DNA of 64,000 nt from Octopus vulgaris (GCA_951406725.2 OX597816.1:119226001-119290000), one strand, 5' to 3'. Positions 1-13,764 are shown, counted from the first letter of the stretch. Notes: generated by a model not told the origin, from the sequence alone. Translations and numbers: made by a program.

Positions 1-183
1 ACAATTGTAGTGGCGGTTTTTTTGACTATTTATTAAAATTTTATGTATTGATTAAGTCTTTCCTTGTTTGTTTTGCAAAATAGTGGTTTTGTCTCTAATA
101 ATATTTTATAATATTTTACTATAAAATTGGATTTAATCCTAAATCTGATTTTTTCCTGTAAATTTGGATTTATTCCCTAATAT

Positions 184-185
<2 letters not shown>
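1..185 (+). mobile_element. 3' end of a dispersed repeat, probably a Penelope-like terminal repeat; same family as the element at about 52990
   Basis: aatagtggtttt...ggatttaatcctaaatctgattttttcctgtaaatttggatttattccctaat matches the reverse complement of 52991-53090 and ends in (TA)n. The PLE assignment is inferred. Confidence 0.5.
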
Positions 186-274
<89 letters not shown>

Positions 275-421
275 GTGTATATTAAATTCACTTCAACATT
301 TAAATTTAATTTGTCAAAATATTTTCGTCGCTTTGCTGCAGCACGGAATTTTGTTAGTGAATATAAATGATTTAAATGATTTAACAACATCCCGAGAGTT
401 CGTCAGTTTGTTTAATTTTCC

Positions 422-459
<38 letters not shown>

Positions 460-599
460 CTAAACTTGGCTTTCGTCTTGATCTGTATGGCAATTCTACG
501 AAAAGGTATCTTAGTTATAATTGCAAGGCATTTTATTGATACTTTTACTAACACACCCTAATTAATCTTAATTTCCATACGCAATGTTACTTTCAGTGA

Positions 600-951
600 T
601 TCGAGAATATTTGTAAGATGTTTTGGCCGCCGCAGACTGGAATTATTAGTTTTCCTGATATTTCGGCCGTTTCCTTACATCACTGTTTTCTAATACACAG
701 TGTATATACCGTATATTCTGGCATACAAGTTGATGTCGTATATTGTGTAGATATAAGCATTCTGCCACCCTGTTTTTCTCTTCCCCAATCCTGCTGCATT
801 TCAAATTGAATCTTTGGTCCTCCAATGTTGTCTTTCTGTATAAGCTGGCTACAAATTTTGGTCTGAAAATTTCGTCTTGTATACTGGAAAATACAGTAAA
901 CAATAACATTTTCCAGCGTCTTATTTTTTCGGTCAGCTGAGGAGGTATCAC
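600..951 (-). pseudogene. Degenerate R4/Dong-like (RLE) non-LTR retrotransposon fragment, zinc-knuckle region
   Basis: Translation VFSSIQDEIFRPKF...LKCSRIGEEK..VAEC...IRHQLVCQNI resembles the 'FAIQDQ...CRxC..E...H..C...RHN.V' pattern of RLE elements. Confidence 0.45.
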
Positions 952-970
952 ACGGCTATATAGTTAAGAA

Positions 971-1700
971 TATCTGGGTGCAAATAATTCATGAGCATTT
1001 CTTTTTTTCAAATTTAAAAATGCACGTAGAAATTAAATGCTTTGGTAAAATGTTTTATGTCATTTAAAAGAGAACTTTTGCTCCACAAGATAGTGTGTTT
1101 TGATTTTTCAATTTTATTGATTTTTGTGTATTTCTAGATCATTAAAATGGAATGTCAAGTGGACAAAACTGAGCATTTTCGACACCAGTTACTTTTTACA
1201 TTTAATCGAGGTGTTAAGGCTGCCGAAGCTGTTCGTAAGATTTGTGCTGTGTATGGAGAAGGAGCAATGCCTCAAAGTACCGCCAGCCGTTGATTTTCGC
1301 GCTTCAAAAATGGGAATTTTGACGTTAAGGACAGATTACATATCGGTCGATCAACCGAGTTCGATGAAGAACGATTGAATGAAATTCATCACGAAAATCG
1401 ACATCAGACGACTAGAGAATTGACGGAGCAGATAGACTGTGATAAAAAAACTGTGGTGAACCAACTTAACTCAATGGGCAAGGTTCAGAAACTCAGTGCT
1501 TGAGCGAAAACAACAAAAATCATCGCTCCACAATCGCTTCCACGAAATCGCTCAACACATGATTTCAAACAACGTTTTCTTTATCGCATTGTCACTAGCG
1601 ATGAAAAATGGCTCCTTTACGCCAATATGAAGCAGCGAAAAAAACGGCTCAGCTCCGAGAAACAAGCGACTCCGAGGAAAGCAAGGCCTTCCTCCTCGAA
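971..1700 (+). mobile_element. Mariner transposon relic (5' half)
   Basis: ATG at 1147: MECQVDKTEHFRHQLLFTFNRGVKAAEAVRKICAVYGEGAM...R*FSRFKNGNFDVKD; later RIVTSDEKW. Contains stops and frameshifts. Confidence 0.85.
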
Positions 1701-2028
1701 AGACCTTGTTTCCTTTGTATCGTCTGTCTGGATGGTTTGCGTTCTTGTCCCATATTTTGTATATATATATATATATATATGTATGCTTGTATGTATATAT
1801 ACTCATATTGTGAGTTCTATTTTTCCTGTTTGAATCGTCAAACCTGTATATATACATTCATACAGTATGTGTGTATTGGTATATATGTATACGCAAACAC
1901 ACGTATATAACATTCACACACACATACATAAATATGTATATATATATAAACATATCTATATAATCCAGTAAATTCATGTTACTAATAGTTTCAAATTCTC
2001 TTGTGTGCTTATCAAGAGTCATCGATTG

Positions 2029-2070
2029 AGGACTGATGATAAGTAATCAATTACTTGGAAATAGCTTTAA
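2029..2070 (+). ncRNA. Degenerate hammerhead-like motif
   Basis: CTGATGA(2033-2039)-t-aagtaat-ca-attactt-g-GAAA(2058-2061). Stem II is intact, but stems I and III do not pair. Confidence 0.35.
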
Positions 2071-3232
2071 AATATTAATAACATATTGATATCATTGTAT
2101 AACTGTAAAATAGATATAAATTAAATTCATGTTCATTGTATTGAGTACTCTACACTTTGACACATGAAGCACATTTGATCACCATCTGTATATTTATATA
2201 TGCTTGTGTGTGAGTGTGCATACGTGTATGTGTGTGTATGTGTGTACGTGTACATCGGTGCAAGTAGTCCGTCAAGTTACATTGCTTTATGCTTTGGAAT
2301 TGCAAAAAATAAATACTAGATTGAGATATATTGTGGATATATATTTATAGTGGATATGATTGTCTAAAAGCCTTAAAAAATTTACACATTGCTGCAATCA
2401 AATCACTGAAACCAATGAAATAATATACTAACAACACTTTTTAAGTTAACCAAACATTTTAGACAACGACAAAAAGGTTGGCTGGTATAAATAACATAAA
2501 GCAAGTAAAAACTTAATTTCAATTCAAAATTTTAATTTATTTTGTCATTGTACTTTTTTGAATTTATTATTATCATTATTATCATTGTTATTATTATTAT
2601 CATTATTGATATTATTATTATTGTTGTTGTTGTTATTGTTTCTTCAAGGGTGCATGAATACCTTTCTCTGATACTATGTTTGGACCAGTGTCATGGTTAA
2701 CAATTTTGTGTGTGAGGTTTGTGTCTGGTTGAATCACGTTTATGTGTATTAGCGTATGTGCGTGTGTGTATGCCTGTATAAGTGTGTATGTATATGTGTG
2801 CGTGTATACGTGACTGTCCATTTTATGTATTTTATATAATCTTGATGTGAATATCCTTCAGCCCTCTTTTAATCCATAATTCATTTATCCGATTTAAAAT
2901 ATTTTTTAACACCAGATTAAGGAACAAAAATTCTTGTGATTTTTGAGGGACGAGGCATTTTTTTTTTGTATTATCACTGTTGCTGTTGTAGTTTTCTTTT
3001 GTTATTTTTGTTTCAGTGTGCATCACATAGCATATACAACTTTTACAATAAATAGAAAATATACTGAAAAAGAGTCAACGAACAAAGCGAGAGACAAGTT
3101 AAAATGCGATTTATACACAATAACCTGATGTCACTCACGTTGAAATAGTCGAATACCAAACACTGGACATAGTGAAGGAAGTACAATTTCTGGGGAGTGG
3201 AGGATTTAATATCATTTTTTCAAAATAATAAT

Positions 3233-3296
<64 letters not shown>

Positions 3297-3550
3297 GTAA
3301 TAATAATAATAATAATGATTATTATAATAAGTAAGTAGAAATTAAAATGGAGATGGACATGATATTCTGGGGTTGACTAAAATATCCCCACCACAAAAAT
3401 TGTTTTACCATGTTGGGTGGTGGTAAAGCGACTCTTCTGTATACAGGGACTTTGTGTTTGCTAATCATATGCTTGAGAGTTTTGGAAATTCGTGGAGTAG
3501 AGGATGTATATAACGCATATTCGTACATACATACATACACATATACTTTT

Positions 3551-3605
<55 letters not shown>

Positions 3606-4865
3606 CGCACGCACACATACACGCATGGATGGATGTACAATCTTATAGACATGTTCCTGTGTATAGGATTTTGTTTTTTGGAATTTTTTTTCTCATATTT
3701 TCGTGTTTTCATTTTGTTCATCGCCTCAATAATATGCAATCGGAGTTTGATATTTGTTTATTTATATTAGGAGAATGAATCGATGTTAATTGATACACTG
3801 AAATTCTTTATAAACAGTCTCTGCTGTAATGTTTGTTGTCATTATTATACATACATTTATAATTATAATTTTAATTGTTATAATTATTGTTATTATTATT
3901 TCCCGACTTGATAAAGTGAACAAAATAAGTCCACTCTTTCCTGATGGCTTCTATCCGGTGACAGAAAGAGCTGTATTTTGTTTTTCTTTGTCACTAATGG
4001 TTACTAATGACGGCTGAACAATGTCTTATTACTGGTGCATTTTTATAGGACGTTTTTGTCTGGGAGTATGTCTTTGATTGAGGCTGCTCGCGACAGTTAG
4101 TAATTGCAACGTATTTGAATATTGCAGTGAATGATGGGAAAAATAACAGAAAAAAAAATGTTGGAATGTTGAGACAATAATGGAAATAGAAGAAATGAGA
4201 CAGACTGAGTAAGGGAGAAAAAGCTTGGGAGGGAGTAACAAAGTGTGTGTGTGTGTGTATGTGTGTGTGTGTGTGTGTGATAAAGACAAACAGATCAAAG
4301 AGAATTAAGAGACTCCTCCATAACCAAACATAAGGGAGATAATTTTCAATGCAGACAGTTTCAAAATCCAATGGAACAGTAATCATTTGCTGTTTGGTTT
4401 TGCTTTTATTTTTGGTTGGTCTTGAAGGTATTTCAGTTTTTTGCTTTATTCAATTCTTTCTTCTAGTCGCAAATTCAATCAGACCTATCATCATTTCTTG
4501 TCTAAAGTCTCTGTCTCTCTCTTGTTTTTTTTCTCTTACACACACACACACACACACACATGCACATGCACACACACACATTCACACACACACATACACA
4601 CACATGTCTGTATGTATGTGTTCACACACATGAATGTAAGACTTGTTGCTTTCTCTGTGCTTGCAAAAGGGTTCATTTTAGGCAAACAGTTCGCTGGAGA
4701 TAGGAATGTTTAAACATTTCTTTTGCATTTTACTTTTTCTATAGCTTTTCATGAAAATGTTTAATTTTGTTTTGCTTTTTCATTTATTTGTAATTTCATA
4801 TATTTATTTATTTATTTATTTATTCTTCTGTGTTCCAACACAGTAAAGCAACAATATCATTATAA

Positions 4866-5285
4866 TTATCCTCTCGTTGGTTGCACAATGTTACACTGGA
4901 CAGTGGGTATTACTTGAGCAACGCTTGCCGCTGGAGTCTTCAATGTATCCGATTCTGTCGATTTCGGACTGTTGATGCAAACGACAGGGGGTGGATGCAA
5001 GGGTAACCGATTAAAATTCGAGTCATTTGATTCACATTCCATTTTCTTGATTCTGGCATCAACTGGTTGCAACGAGTCGTCTGGTCCAATGTCATCGACA
5101 ACTAACGGGATCATACTGTCTTTTCCATCTTGATCGTCTGATCCGTCAGCATTGCCGCCATTAGAGTCACATCTGCTCTCGTTTTTAGCATCGTTTTTAT
5201 CAGCTATTGCTTTAGCTTTCGCTTCAAGGGCTGCTTTTTTGCTTCGTTTCCATTTCATCCGACGATTTTGAAACCAAATTTTCAC
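4866..5285 (-). CDS. Mnx1: Mnx/HB9 homeobox gene, terminal coding exon (homeodomain helix 3 plus C-terminal tail)
   Basis: Minus strand reads ...tctctccaacag|GTG AAA ATT TGG TTT CAA AAT CGT = VKIWFQNRRMKWKRSKKA..., then an acidic stretch and TAA at 4868-4866. Phase-0 acceptor at 5287-5286. The ORF track's 'M' is a Val (GTG). Confidence 0.95.
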   Translation of the reverse strand: MKIWFQNRRMKWKRSKKAALEAKAKAIADKNDAKNESRCDSNGGNADGSDDQDGKDSMIPLVVDDIGPDDSLQPVDARIKKMECESNDSNFNRLPLHPPPVVCINSPKSTESDTLKTPAASVAQVIPTVQCNIVQPTRG

Positions 5286-5750
5286 CTGTTGGAGAGAAAC
5301 CGAAAAGAAAAAGAAAACTTAATAAGAAGCTTATTTTGCATTAAGAAATTAAGAACAACAATATTTGTATTATTACTGTCTCCAGTCCTAGGGTTATGAT
5401 CATCGTCGCTATCAATCCCATTGCATAAACTGATCCAACCAATGAGCCAAAAACAACCAATGAATGTTTTGTTAATCAGAAGCATGCATTCCAAAGATCA
5501 GGAATGTTTTTTGACTACAGTGAAACTGTGTAATACAAACTGATTTGAAGTGCAAATACACATGCATGCATACATATATACATATAAACTTTACAACACG
5601 TGTCGAGGGTTCTTTTCTATTGTCTGCACATTCCTCTGTCTTTCTCTAGATGTGTGGTAAGTGTGCATGTATATATGTGCAAGTGTGAGCGTATGTATTT
5701 ATATATATATATATGTTTGTATGTATATGTGCATATATGTATATATGTAT

Positions 5751-5960
5751 ACAATTATTCGGTAGCCATGATAAAACTCCGAGCTTCAGTTGGCCGGATA
5801 ACTGAAGAGATGGCGGCGTGGATTTCCACCCGGCAGCCGAAACTCGGAGTTTTATCACAGCTACCGAATAATTGTTACCTATTACATTTACAGATAAATT
5901 TCTCTATTTACATAATATCGAGGTCTCTTTCATTCTTTTGTTGTCTTACCATTTTTATCA
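5751..5960 (+). mobile_element. PLE-like terminal-repeat cassette with inverted 5' arm and type-I hammerhead motif, in Mnx intron 2
   Basis: 5751-5783 is the inverted complement of 5843-5876. The HHR core lies on the + strand. The cassette is flanked by TA-rich microsatellite. Confidence 0.7.
5797..5856 (+). ncRNA. Type-I hammerhead ribozyme motif
   Basis: Stem I gataa/ttatc; CTGAAGA 5802-5808; stem II ggc..tgga-tt-tcca..gcc (extra nt after the core); GAAA 5839-5842; stem III ACTC-g-GAGT; cleavage triplet GUU 5849-5851. Confidence 0.7.
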
Positions 5961-6264
5961 ATATATATATATATATACAAACACGAAAGGCTTCTTACAG
6001 TTTCCGTAAACAAAATTCATTTACAAAGACTTGGTCAGCCCGGAGCTATAGTATTTGACACTTATCCAAGAAATCATGCAGTGGGACTGAACCCAAAACC
6101 ATGTGTTTGGCAAGTAAACACTGTGTCTTATGCACAGAGCTACACCTGCAGCTGTCTCTCTCTATCACTGTCTCTTTCGTTCTCTTTCTCCATCTGGCTG
6201 TCTCTCTCTCCCTCTCGCTCTCTCTCCTTCTCCCTCCCCCCTCTCTCTCTCTCTGTATATATAC

Positions 6265-6299
<35 letters not shown>

Positions 6300-6859
6300 T
6301 GTGTATGAGAGAGAGAGAGAGAGAGAGTGTGTGTATGTACTTCTCAAAAAGTAGATTATCTTGCATATTACTTATTGAATAAACAAATACTGTCAGGTAA
6401 TTACCAGCAATCTGTTTTCAGAGATCAAAGAACAGCATTCTCCGTGTTCTAAGGTAAGCAACTTTCACGCACATACACTCATGTTATATATTCCGCCATC
6501 GCACGTTGTTACCCTCTATATCACACCACACTTACATATGGAAATACAAGGATACATAAACGTAATTGTTTGTCTTGTAATTATTCTATAATAAGAAACA
6601 TTTGAAGAAAGACAAACATGTGAAAGAGCGAAGACGGCGGCTTATATAAAAAAAAAACACTGCCGTATACTGTCGGGTACCACGTGTCAGAGGGTGGTAG
6701 TACATAAAGCTGACGTCAGGTCAATTTCCTTTCACCTTTAAGTGTCCATACGAGGTTTTATATAACAATACCGTCTGTTTACTTTGCATGCACTTGACGG
6801 TGGCAACTAAGACATGCATGGCTCATGAATGCATGTATCGTTCTCTACTTCCCTTTCCT

Positions 6860-6895
<36 letters not shown>

Positions 6896-6922
6896 GTCTT
6901 TCTTTATCTCTCTCTGTCTCTC

Positions 6923-6960
<38 letters not shown>

Positions 6961-7101
6961 CATATATATGGAGAGGGTGCATATCATCTTTACATATATA
7001 CATACTAACATACACACAATTTATATATGCACACATATGAATACACATTCACATGTACATATATTTGTGAATATACACGAACATGTGTATGTGTGTGTAT
7101 A

Positions 7102-7486
7102 TGGCTGTGTGGTAAGAAGCTTGTTTCCCAACTACATGGTTCCGGGTTTAGTCCCACTGCGTGGCAAGTGTCTTCCACTACAGCCTCCGGCCAACCAAAG
7201 CCTTGTGAGTGGATTTGGTAGACGGAAACCGAAAGAAGCCCGTCGTATATATATGCATATGTGTGTATTTGTGTGTCTATGTTTATCCCCTCATCATCGC
7301 TCGACAACCGATGTGGGTGTGTTTAAGTCCCCGTAACTTAGCGGTTCGGCAAAGGAAACCGATAAAATAAGCACTAGGATTACAATGAATCTATCAAGAG
7401 GTCGATTTGTTCGACTAAAGGCGGCGCTCCAGCATGGCCGCAGTCAAATGACTGAAACAAGTAAAAGAATAAAAGAATAAAAGAAT
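7102..7486 (+). mobile_element. tRNA-derived SINE, family B (full length, internal microsatellite)
   Basis: A box tggctgtgtgg, B-box-like ggtttagtccc, ggcaagtgtctt core, 3' gactgaaacaagtaaaagaa tail. More copies or fragments at about 5985, 20465, 27810, 34610, 37235, 40985, 45717, 50005, 51100, 52725, 54130, 60470, 62570 and 63735. Confidence 0.85.
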
Positions 7487-7528
7487 AATACACACACACA
7501 CGTCTACATGTACATTTATACATGATTA

Positions 7529-7618
<90 letters not shown>

Positions 7619-8049
7619 GGTAGATATATGTATATGTACATATGTTTCTTGGTGTATATGTGTGTGTGTATATCTATATATGTAAGTTTGTATGTATTAT
7701 CTACAAGTATATCTGTATACGCTTACATTCGCATAATATACTGAGTTTATGAACTTCAATTAGCTATAGCTTAAAAAACTTTCATCTGTTTCCATGGCGT
7801 TCTTTAGACGTTACAGCCCACATCTTGTATATTAACTCCTCGACTTTTCTGCTAGTCAGGAACTACGTTCTGTTGAAAATCTGTGCTACTATTGATGTTG
7901 TTATTGTTTAGATTTATCAAGCAAACCGACCGAAAGAACTCCAACCGTGACGATCGCAACTTTTTAGACGGAGTACGAGTAACTTAATCTATGTCCTTTC
8001 TATTCTTTTGCATCTTCGTAGTATGTGGAAAACTATGGAGATTAGCTGC

Positions 8050-8898
8050 TATGGGAGATGAGACCTTGCTTGAAAAGGCTGAACAACCAAGCCCAAGAAC
8101 ACTTACATTGTCGGCAGAACTTTGTCTTTGACAAAGAACTATCAATCGATTCCTCCGTAAGCTCGGCCTTATGAACAGATGCCGTCGAAAAGCTCCTCAT
8201 AACCTGACTAACGACCAATTACAACGATGTGTGAGCATTTGCAAACAACTGCGGTCAAATCTTCAGGACGCCTGGTTTTGGCGTCGAATTTTAAATGGGG
8301 ACGAAAATGGCTCTACTTTCGCAATTCTAATAAGAGAAATATCGCTTCGTGACGGTCAGGCTTTAGAACCTGTTGTCAAATAAGGGTGGTTTAAACGGAA
8401 GGTCATGCTGTGTGTTTGGAAGTACTTCGAGGTGGTATTGCATTTTGTCCTTGTCCCAGACGGTCATGCTGTGAATGCAAACTTTTTTATGATCAAAAAC
8501 TGTAACGAGTATATGGTGCTTTAAAAGCCCTCCACCAAGCCTCGGTCAATAGAAAATGCACACTCCTTCAGCATGGCAATGTCCCAGCACATACTGTCAA
8601 TATAACCAAGCGCAAACTTGAGTAACTTGAGGAACTCGAATTACTGTTTCACTCTGCCTACAGGCCGGACATTGCACTATCAGATTACCACCTTTCCGAG
8701 CCATGGCTAATTTCCTACACGGATGGAGGTTCAACAATATGGATGAGGTTGAAAATGGGTGTACGGAAATTTTTGCCTCCAAACCAGCCAAATGTTGGCA
8801 ACAGATAATAGAATATGATGAGATATATTTTGATGAATAAACGCTTCTCGTATGTGCTTTGCTTGAACTATTAATGAAAACCTTTGACTCAACCTAGT
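8050..8898 (+). mobile_element. Mariner transposon relic (3' two-thirds) ending about 125 bp from the Mnx donor site
   Basis: Motifs WRRILNGDE, KVMLCVW, LLQHGNVPAH and AYRPDIALSDYHL (degenerate YSPDLAPSDY). TIR-like end ...tttgactcaacctagTA. Confidence 0.8.
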
Positions 8899-9024
8899 AT
8901 GTCTAACAGTCTTATGTATGTATGTATGTATGTATGTATGTATGTATGTATGTATGTATGTATGTATGTATGTATGTATGTATGTATATAGGTGAGAAGA
9001 TAAGTATAAAGAAGGGGTGATTAC

Positions 9025-9185
9025 CTGTGTTTCCGTCAGCATTAATGACGTGGCGACTTCAAAACGTTTTGGTCTGGAAAGGTATTTGTTGAGTTTGAAC
9101 TGTCGTTCAAGTTCTAAAAGCTGTTGGCTTGTAAATGCTGTTCTTGGTCTCCGCGTCTTACCAACAATGTTCGGCTGACCCTGAC
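9025..9185 (-). CDS. Mnx1: Mnx/HB9 homeobox gene, internal coding exon (161 bp; homeodomain helices 1-2)
   Basis: Encodes [54 protein letters not shown], then the donor CAG|GTAATC at 9024. Joined to the next exon, the homeodomain differs from vertebrate MNX1 (as I recall it) at only 2 of 60 positions. Acceptor ttttcaag| (phase 1) aligns QGQPNIVGK with vertebrate QAQSNLLGK. Confidence 0.93.
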
Positions 9186-10011
9186 CTTGAAAAAGAAATA
9201 AAATAACTACATGAGTAGGCACATAAACACACCTTGTATCAAGAAAGCTATCAACTTAGTCGATTCAGTTTTATAAGATTAACTAACTGCATACTTGTTT
9301 TACGCAGCGGCTGTTGTTGAGCAAATATAACAAGCGGTGATACATTCATGACGTATGATGAGATTCAATCACGTGACTCATTTCTGTTGATTGTAATTCA
9401 TCTCCAGTTTAACTCTAATCGAGCAGACATAATTTCAATGATTTTCTAGACGTCACCATAACATTTTCTATGACCGCTATCGCAATTATCTAATGAGTCT
9501 TTGCTTCTTTCAAAAGCATTAGACTGTGATCTAAGGAAGATTGGCTGCTATTTCTAACAGATTGAACAACAACATAGAGGTCCCATTCATTCGCTTCACT
9601 CATTATTTTTCTCTTCTATTGATTAGAATGTTAGTGCTGGTGTTGTTGGCAGTTTTTTGTTGTTTTTTTTTGTATCAGGTCAAATTTTGCCGCAAAAGAA
9701 GTATGATCAAAAGCAAGCTGTCATGACCATGTCGTCTGTTTATGAAGTACCCAAGATTGCAGTGTGCAATGTGCCATTTCTTTGTATAAAACTGTACTGT
9801 GTGATTTTAAGGGGATTTGGCTTGCGAGATCTAGTAGATTGAGCTAACGTACAGAAGCTCCATATTTGCTCGAAATAGCATCGAACAATTAGTCAAATGT
9901 AATGAGGCTACACATGCATATGTGTATGTGTGTGTGAGAGTGAGAGAGAGAAAGAGAATGAAAGAAAGAACGTGAGCGTTGTATGTGCATGTGTGTACGC
10001 ATGTGTATGTG

Positions 10012-10089
<78 letters not shown>

Positions 10090-11074
10090 TATAATTTTAA
10101 TATGACAGAGCCATCAGATTTCGAAACATCAACCTTATTGAGATTGAATAAAATGAAACAGTTTCTGTTCTAAAATTAGGAAGTCATTTTACTATTTCTC
10201 CTTTTTCTCTTCATCACTGTGAATGTGTGTGTGTGTGTGTGTGTGTGTTTGTGTGTGTGTGCGTGTGTGTGTGTGCCTCTGAGTGTGTGTGTATACACAC
10301 ACACATATATACATATGCATATATATGTCTGTGTGGATGTGTATGTATGTGTGCATGTGTCTTGCTTTTGTCGCTCATTCAATCTGCCTCTCTGCTACTC
10401 TCCGAATGTACTTATACACGAGTATATACGTGTGTGCGTGTGTGTGTGAGAGTACGCACATCATATGCATATATGTCTGTATACATACGTATATACGTAT
10501 GTATATGTGCATATACATATATACATATATATATGACGACCTTCTTTAATCACCCATCACTCCCCTCAACACATTCCTACTCGCAGCAATATTTTATAAT
10601 TCCGATATGATGAATGAATGAATGGTCAAGTCTATTTGTTATTTTCTTCTTTTTCGTATTTCTGAACGTACATGAATTATTTATGTAAGCTATTGCAGTA
10701 TATTTTCAACAATTCCAGAACATTCCGTTCCGTGTCTTGTGCAGAGTTTGTCTGCCAACTGCAATATTTTACCATTAATTTTGTTCTTGTTCGCGTTGCT
10801 AGTTATTGTTTGTCGTTGTTGTTGCCGCCGTTATGGTTGTTGTTGTTGTTGTTGTTGCTACAGTTATATATTGTTGTTTTTCCTTGTGTCAATAAGCTCA
10901 TATCCATTTAAATAGTCCAGTCTGTCCAAACTAAGTGTCGTGGGGTACGATGGATGGATGGATGGATGGATCTCAATTATTTCTCATGTTATTCGTTATT
11001 TTTTATATTTATCAAAAAATTTTTGAGATTGAGTGAGGTGGGAGAATAGTGAGGGTCACGGAGTAAATCTTATA

Positions 11075-11140
<66 letters not shown>

Positions 11141-11251
11141 TGTATATGTGAATGTACGTGTATATACAGACACACGCACATATATATATGACAAATACAT
11201 ATACACACATGCACACACACACACACACACATATACAGACTCACGCATATA

Positions 11252-12521
11252 TTGGGTTATACCATAATTAATACGGCTTTTCAGTTGCATGAGCTAAAAG
11301 TCGGAGGGGGACGGGATAAACTACCTGCATCAACTTGCTATAAAAGCAGGTAGTAATTTTACCGTGTACTTATTTTTAGCGCAAGTTTTGAAGAGTGCGG
11401 TTCGATTTTAACACTTATTTTCCAAAGCTATAATGATAGTGACAAAGGAGCATACTCGGCATAGTTTTGCGTTATGAGTTCAATAAAGGCAACAATGCAA
11501 CGGAATGTGCGAGGAGAATATTAATGCAGTATACAGGAATCGGACAATAAACGTAAGCCAGTCTCAACGGTGGTTTCAGAAATTCCAAGCTGGAAACTAG
11601 AGCCTAGAAGACGAGCCTCGTTCTGAAAGACTTGTAAATCTCGACGAGGACGTCCTGCAAACCCTGATGGAACACAATCCCATCGTAACTGTTGAGGAAC
11701 TAGCAGAGAAGCTTGGATTTAGTCATTCAACCATTCATCGACACCTGTATGCCATCGGAAAAGTCAGCAAATTGAGTCAATGGGTTCCTCACAAACTTTT
11801 CGAATCTAATCGCGCACAGAGAGGGAATGTGAGCTCTTCAGTGCTGTCACATCACACGAATGAACCTTTTTAAACCGAAAATTGACTGGTGACGAGAAAT
11901 GAGTTCTCTATAAAAATGTCAAGCGCCGAAGATATTGGGTAGGGAAAGGAGAAACATCAGCACCCCAGGCTAAAGAAGGTCTTCACTCATGTAAGATGTT
12001 ATTATCTTTTTGGTGGTATATGAAAGGTTTAGTCCACTTTGAACTTCTAAACCCAAACCAAACAATAAAACAATAACAATGGAGATCTACTGCAAGTAGC
12101 TTGAGCTTAAGTCAGCGCTAGAAGAAAAACCGACCATCTTTTGGTTTCAAGACAAGAGGTGTTCTTCCATCAGGATAATGCTCGGCCACATACAGCGAGG
12201 ATGACATTCTAAATACTGGAGCAGTTTGAATGCCCAACCCAGCATATTCGCCGGACATTGCCCCATCAGATTATCATTTATCCAGCAGTCTTCAAAATCA
12301 TTTGAACGGAAAAAATATGAATTTTGTAGACGTGATCAGAACAGTACTGGAGGAGTATTTTTCGTCACGAACAAGTGGATTTTTGAAGTCTACCAGATAG
12401 ATGAGAAAGCATTATAGAAAATGAAAGAGAGTATGATTTAGATTAAAAAAGAACGTTGTTTACCTTAATTTTGAAAAATAAAAGACGTGTTAAAAACCGC
12501 ATTATTTATGGGATGACCCAA
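11252..12521 (+). mobile_element. Full-length (~1.27 kb) mariner element, transposase pseudogenised
   Basis: TIRs TTGGGTTATACCATAATTAATACGG and its inverse (4 mismatches in 25 bp), with TA on both sides. Motifs WVPH, TGDEK, FHQDNARPH and YSPDIAPSDYHL; several stops and frameshifts. Confidence 0.92.
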
Positions 12522-13122
12522 TATACATGTTTCAATAAAGATGTATATAAATATATATATATGAGAGTGCATATAAATATGTGTGTGTGTGTGTGTGTGT
12601 GTGTGTCTGTGTATGTGTGTGGATGCATTATATTCTCAAATTTAAAGCGTTATTTTTCACTTATATCCCACTACTAATGGTCTTGTGATGTACAAATTAA
12701 AAAAAAAAACGCAAATATAAGAGAATAACTTTTAGAAACGTCGGACAGAGTCCCACGTTTTATTAGCTCCTACTCTGTATTCTGAGTTAAAATCCACCCC
12801 CAGAAACCATCTTTATAATATATACATTACACAAACACTCACAAAATTTTCATGTGAAGTAAAAACGGTGACAATGTTTGAATGGTTATACTACTCATTT
12901 GCATTACATACTGCATCGTCTTGTACTCTGGAAAATAGAGTACGAAAATATGCGCTTTTAGATGCGCTGAGTGTACGACAAGTTACCATAAGAGGTTAGA
13001 TCTCAGCTTTCACCTACGTTGAACTCACATTCTTATATAATACAATATATAAAGTATCATTTATACGAACTAAGACTAGCACTGTACCGTAAGCCACATA
13101 TCGGACATATATATTTGTGTGC

Positions 13123-13195
<73 letters not shown>

Positions 13196-13764
13196 TAGAT
13201 AGTAGATAGATAGATAGATAGACGCAAATATGCGCATGTATATATAGATGTGTGTATGTATGTATGTATGTATGTATGTATGTATGTATGTATGTATGTA
13301 TGTATGTATGTATGTATGTATGTATGTATGCATGTATGTATGTATGTATGTATGTATGCATGCATGTATGTATCTGTATATATATATATATATGCAATAA
13401 CACAGAAGGGTGGCAGTTTTCTACAGCTGTTTCAGATGTGTTCTTTATGAAAATTATTTTCTAAGCAATGTCCGAGTCTCTATTTGTTGTCCAGCAATGT
13501 TTATTCAGACGCATTTTGTGATGTCGGATGCGAAAATACCTTAAGCTAACCAATGAAGTCATAAAAGAATCATCCATAACTTGCAGTAAGCAACAGTTAT
13601 TAAACGTTATTACTGTTATTACTATTATTTCTTTATTTTCTGCAAGCAAAATGCACAAATAAGCTACACGTTTGCATTATGTTATATGTACAATAATAAT
13701 AAAGGACGTTACCACATACATTTTTACAAACCAAGGACGTTATATAGACCTCCCTGACTCAAGT

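Noticed and set aside
310-350. Half hammerhead (gcgacGAAAATATTT on the minus strand)
   Set aside because: The CUGANGA half is missing; at most a deleted remnant.
2500-4865. Mnx polyadenylation site and miRNA seed matches in the 3' UTR
   Set aside because: Many AATAAA candidates, some inside (TAAA)n repeats; cannot be resolved without transcript data.
8731-9222. 163-aa ORF as a single-exon homeobox protein
   Set aside because: It is the 161-bp exon plus read-through into intron on both sides; canonical splice sites bound the conserved part.
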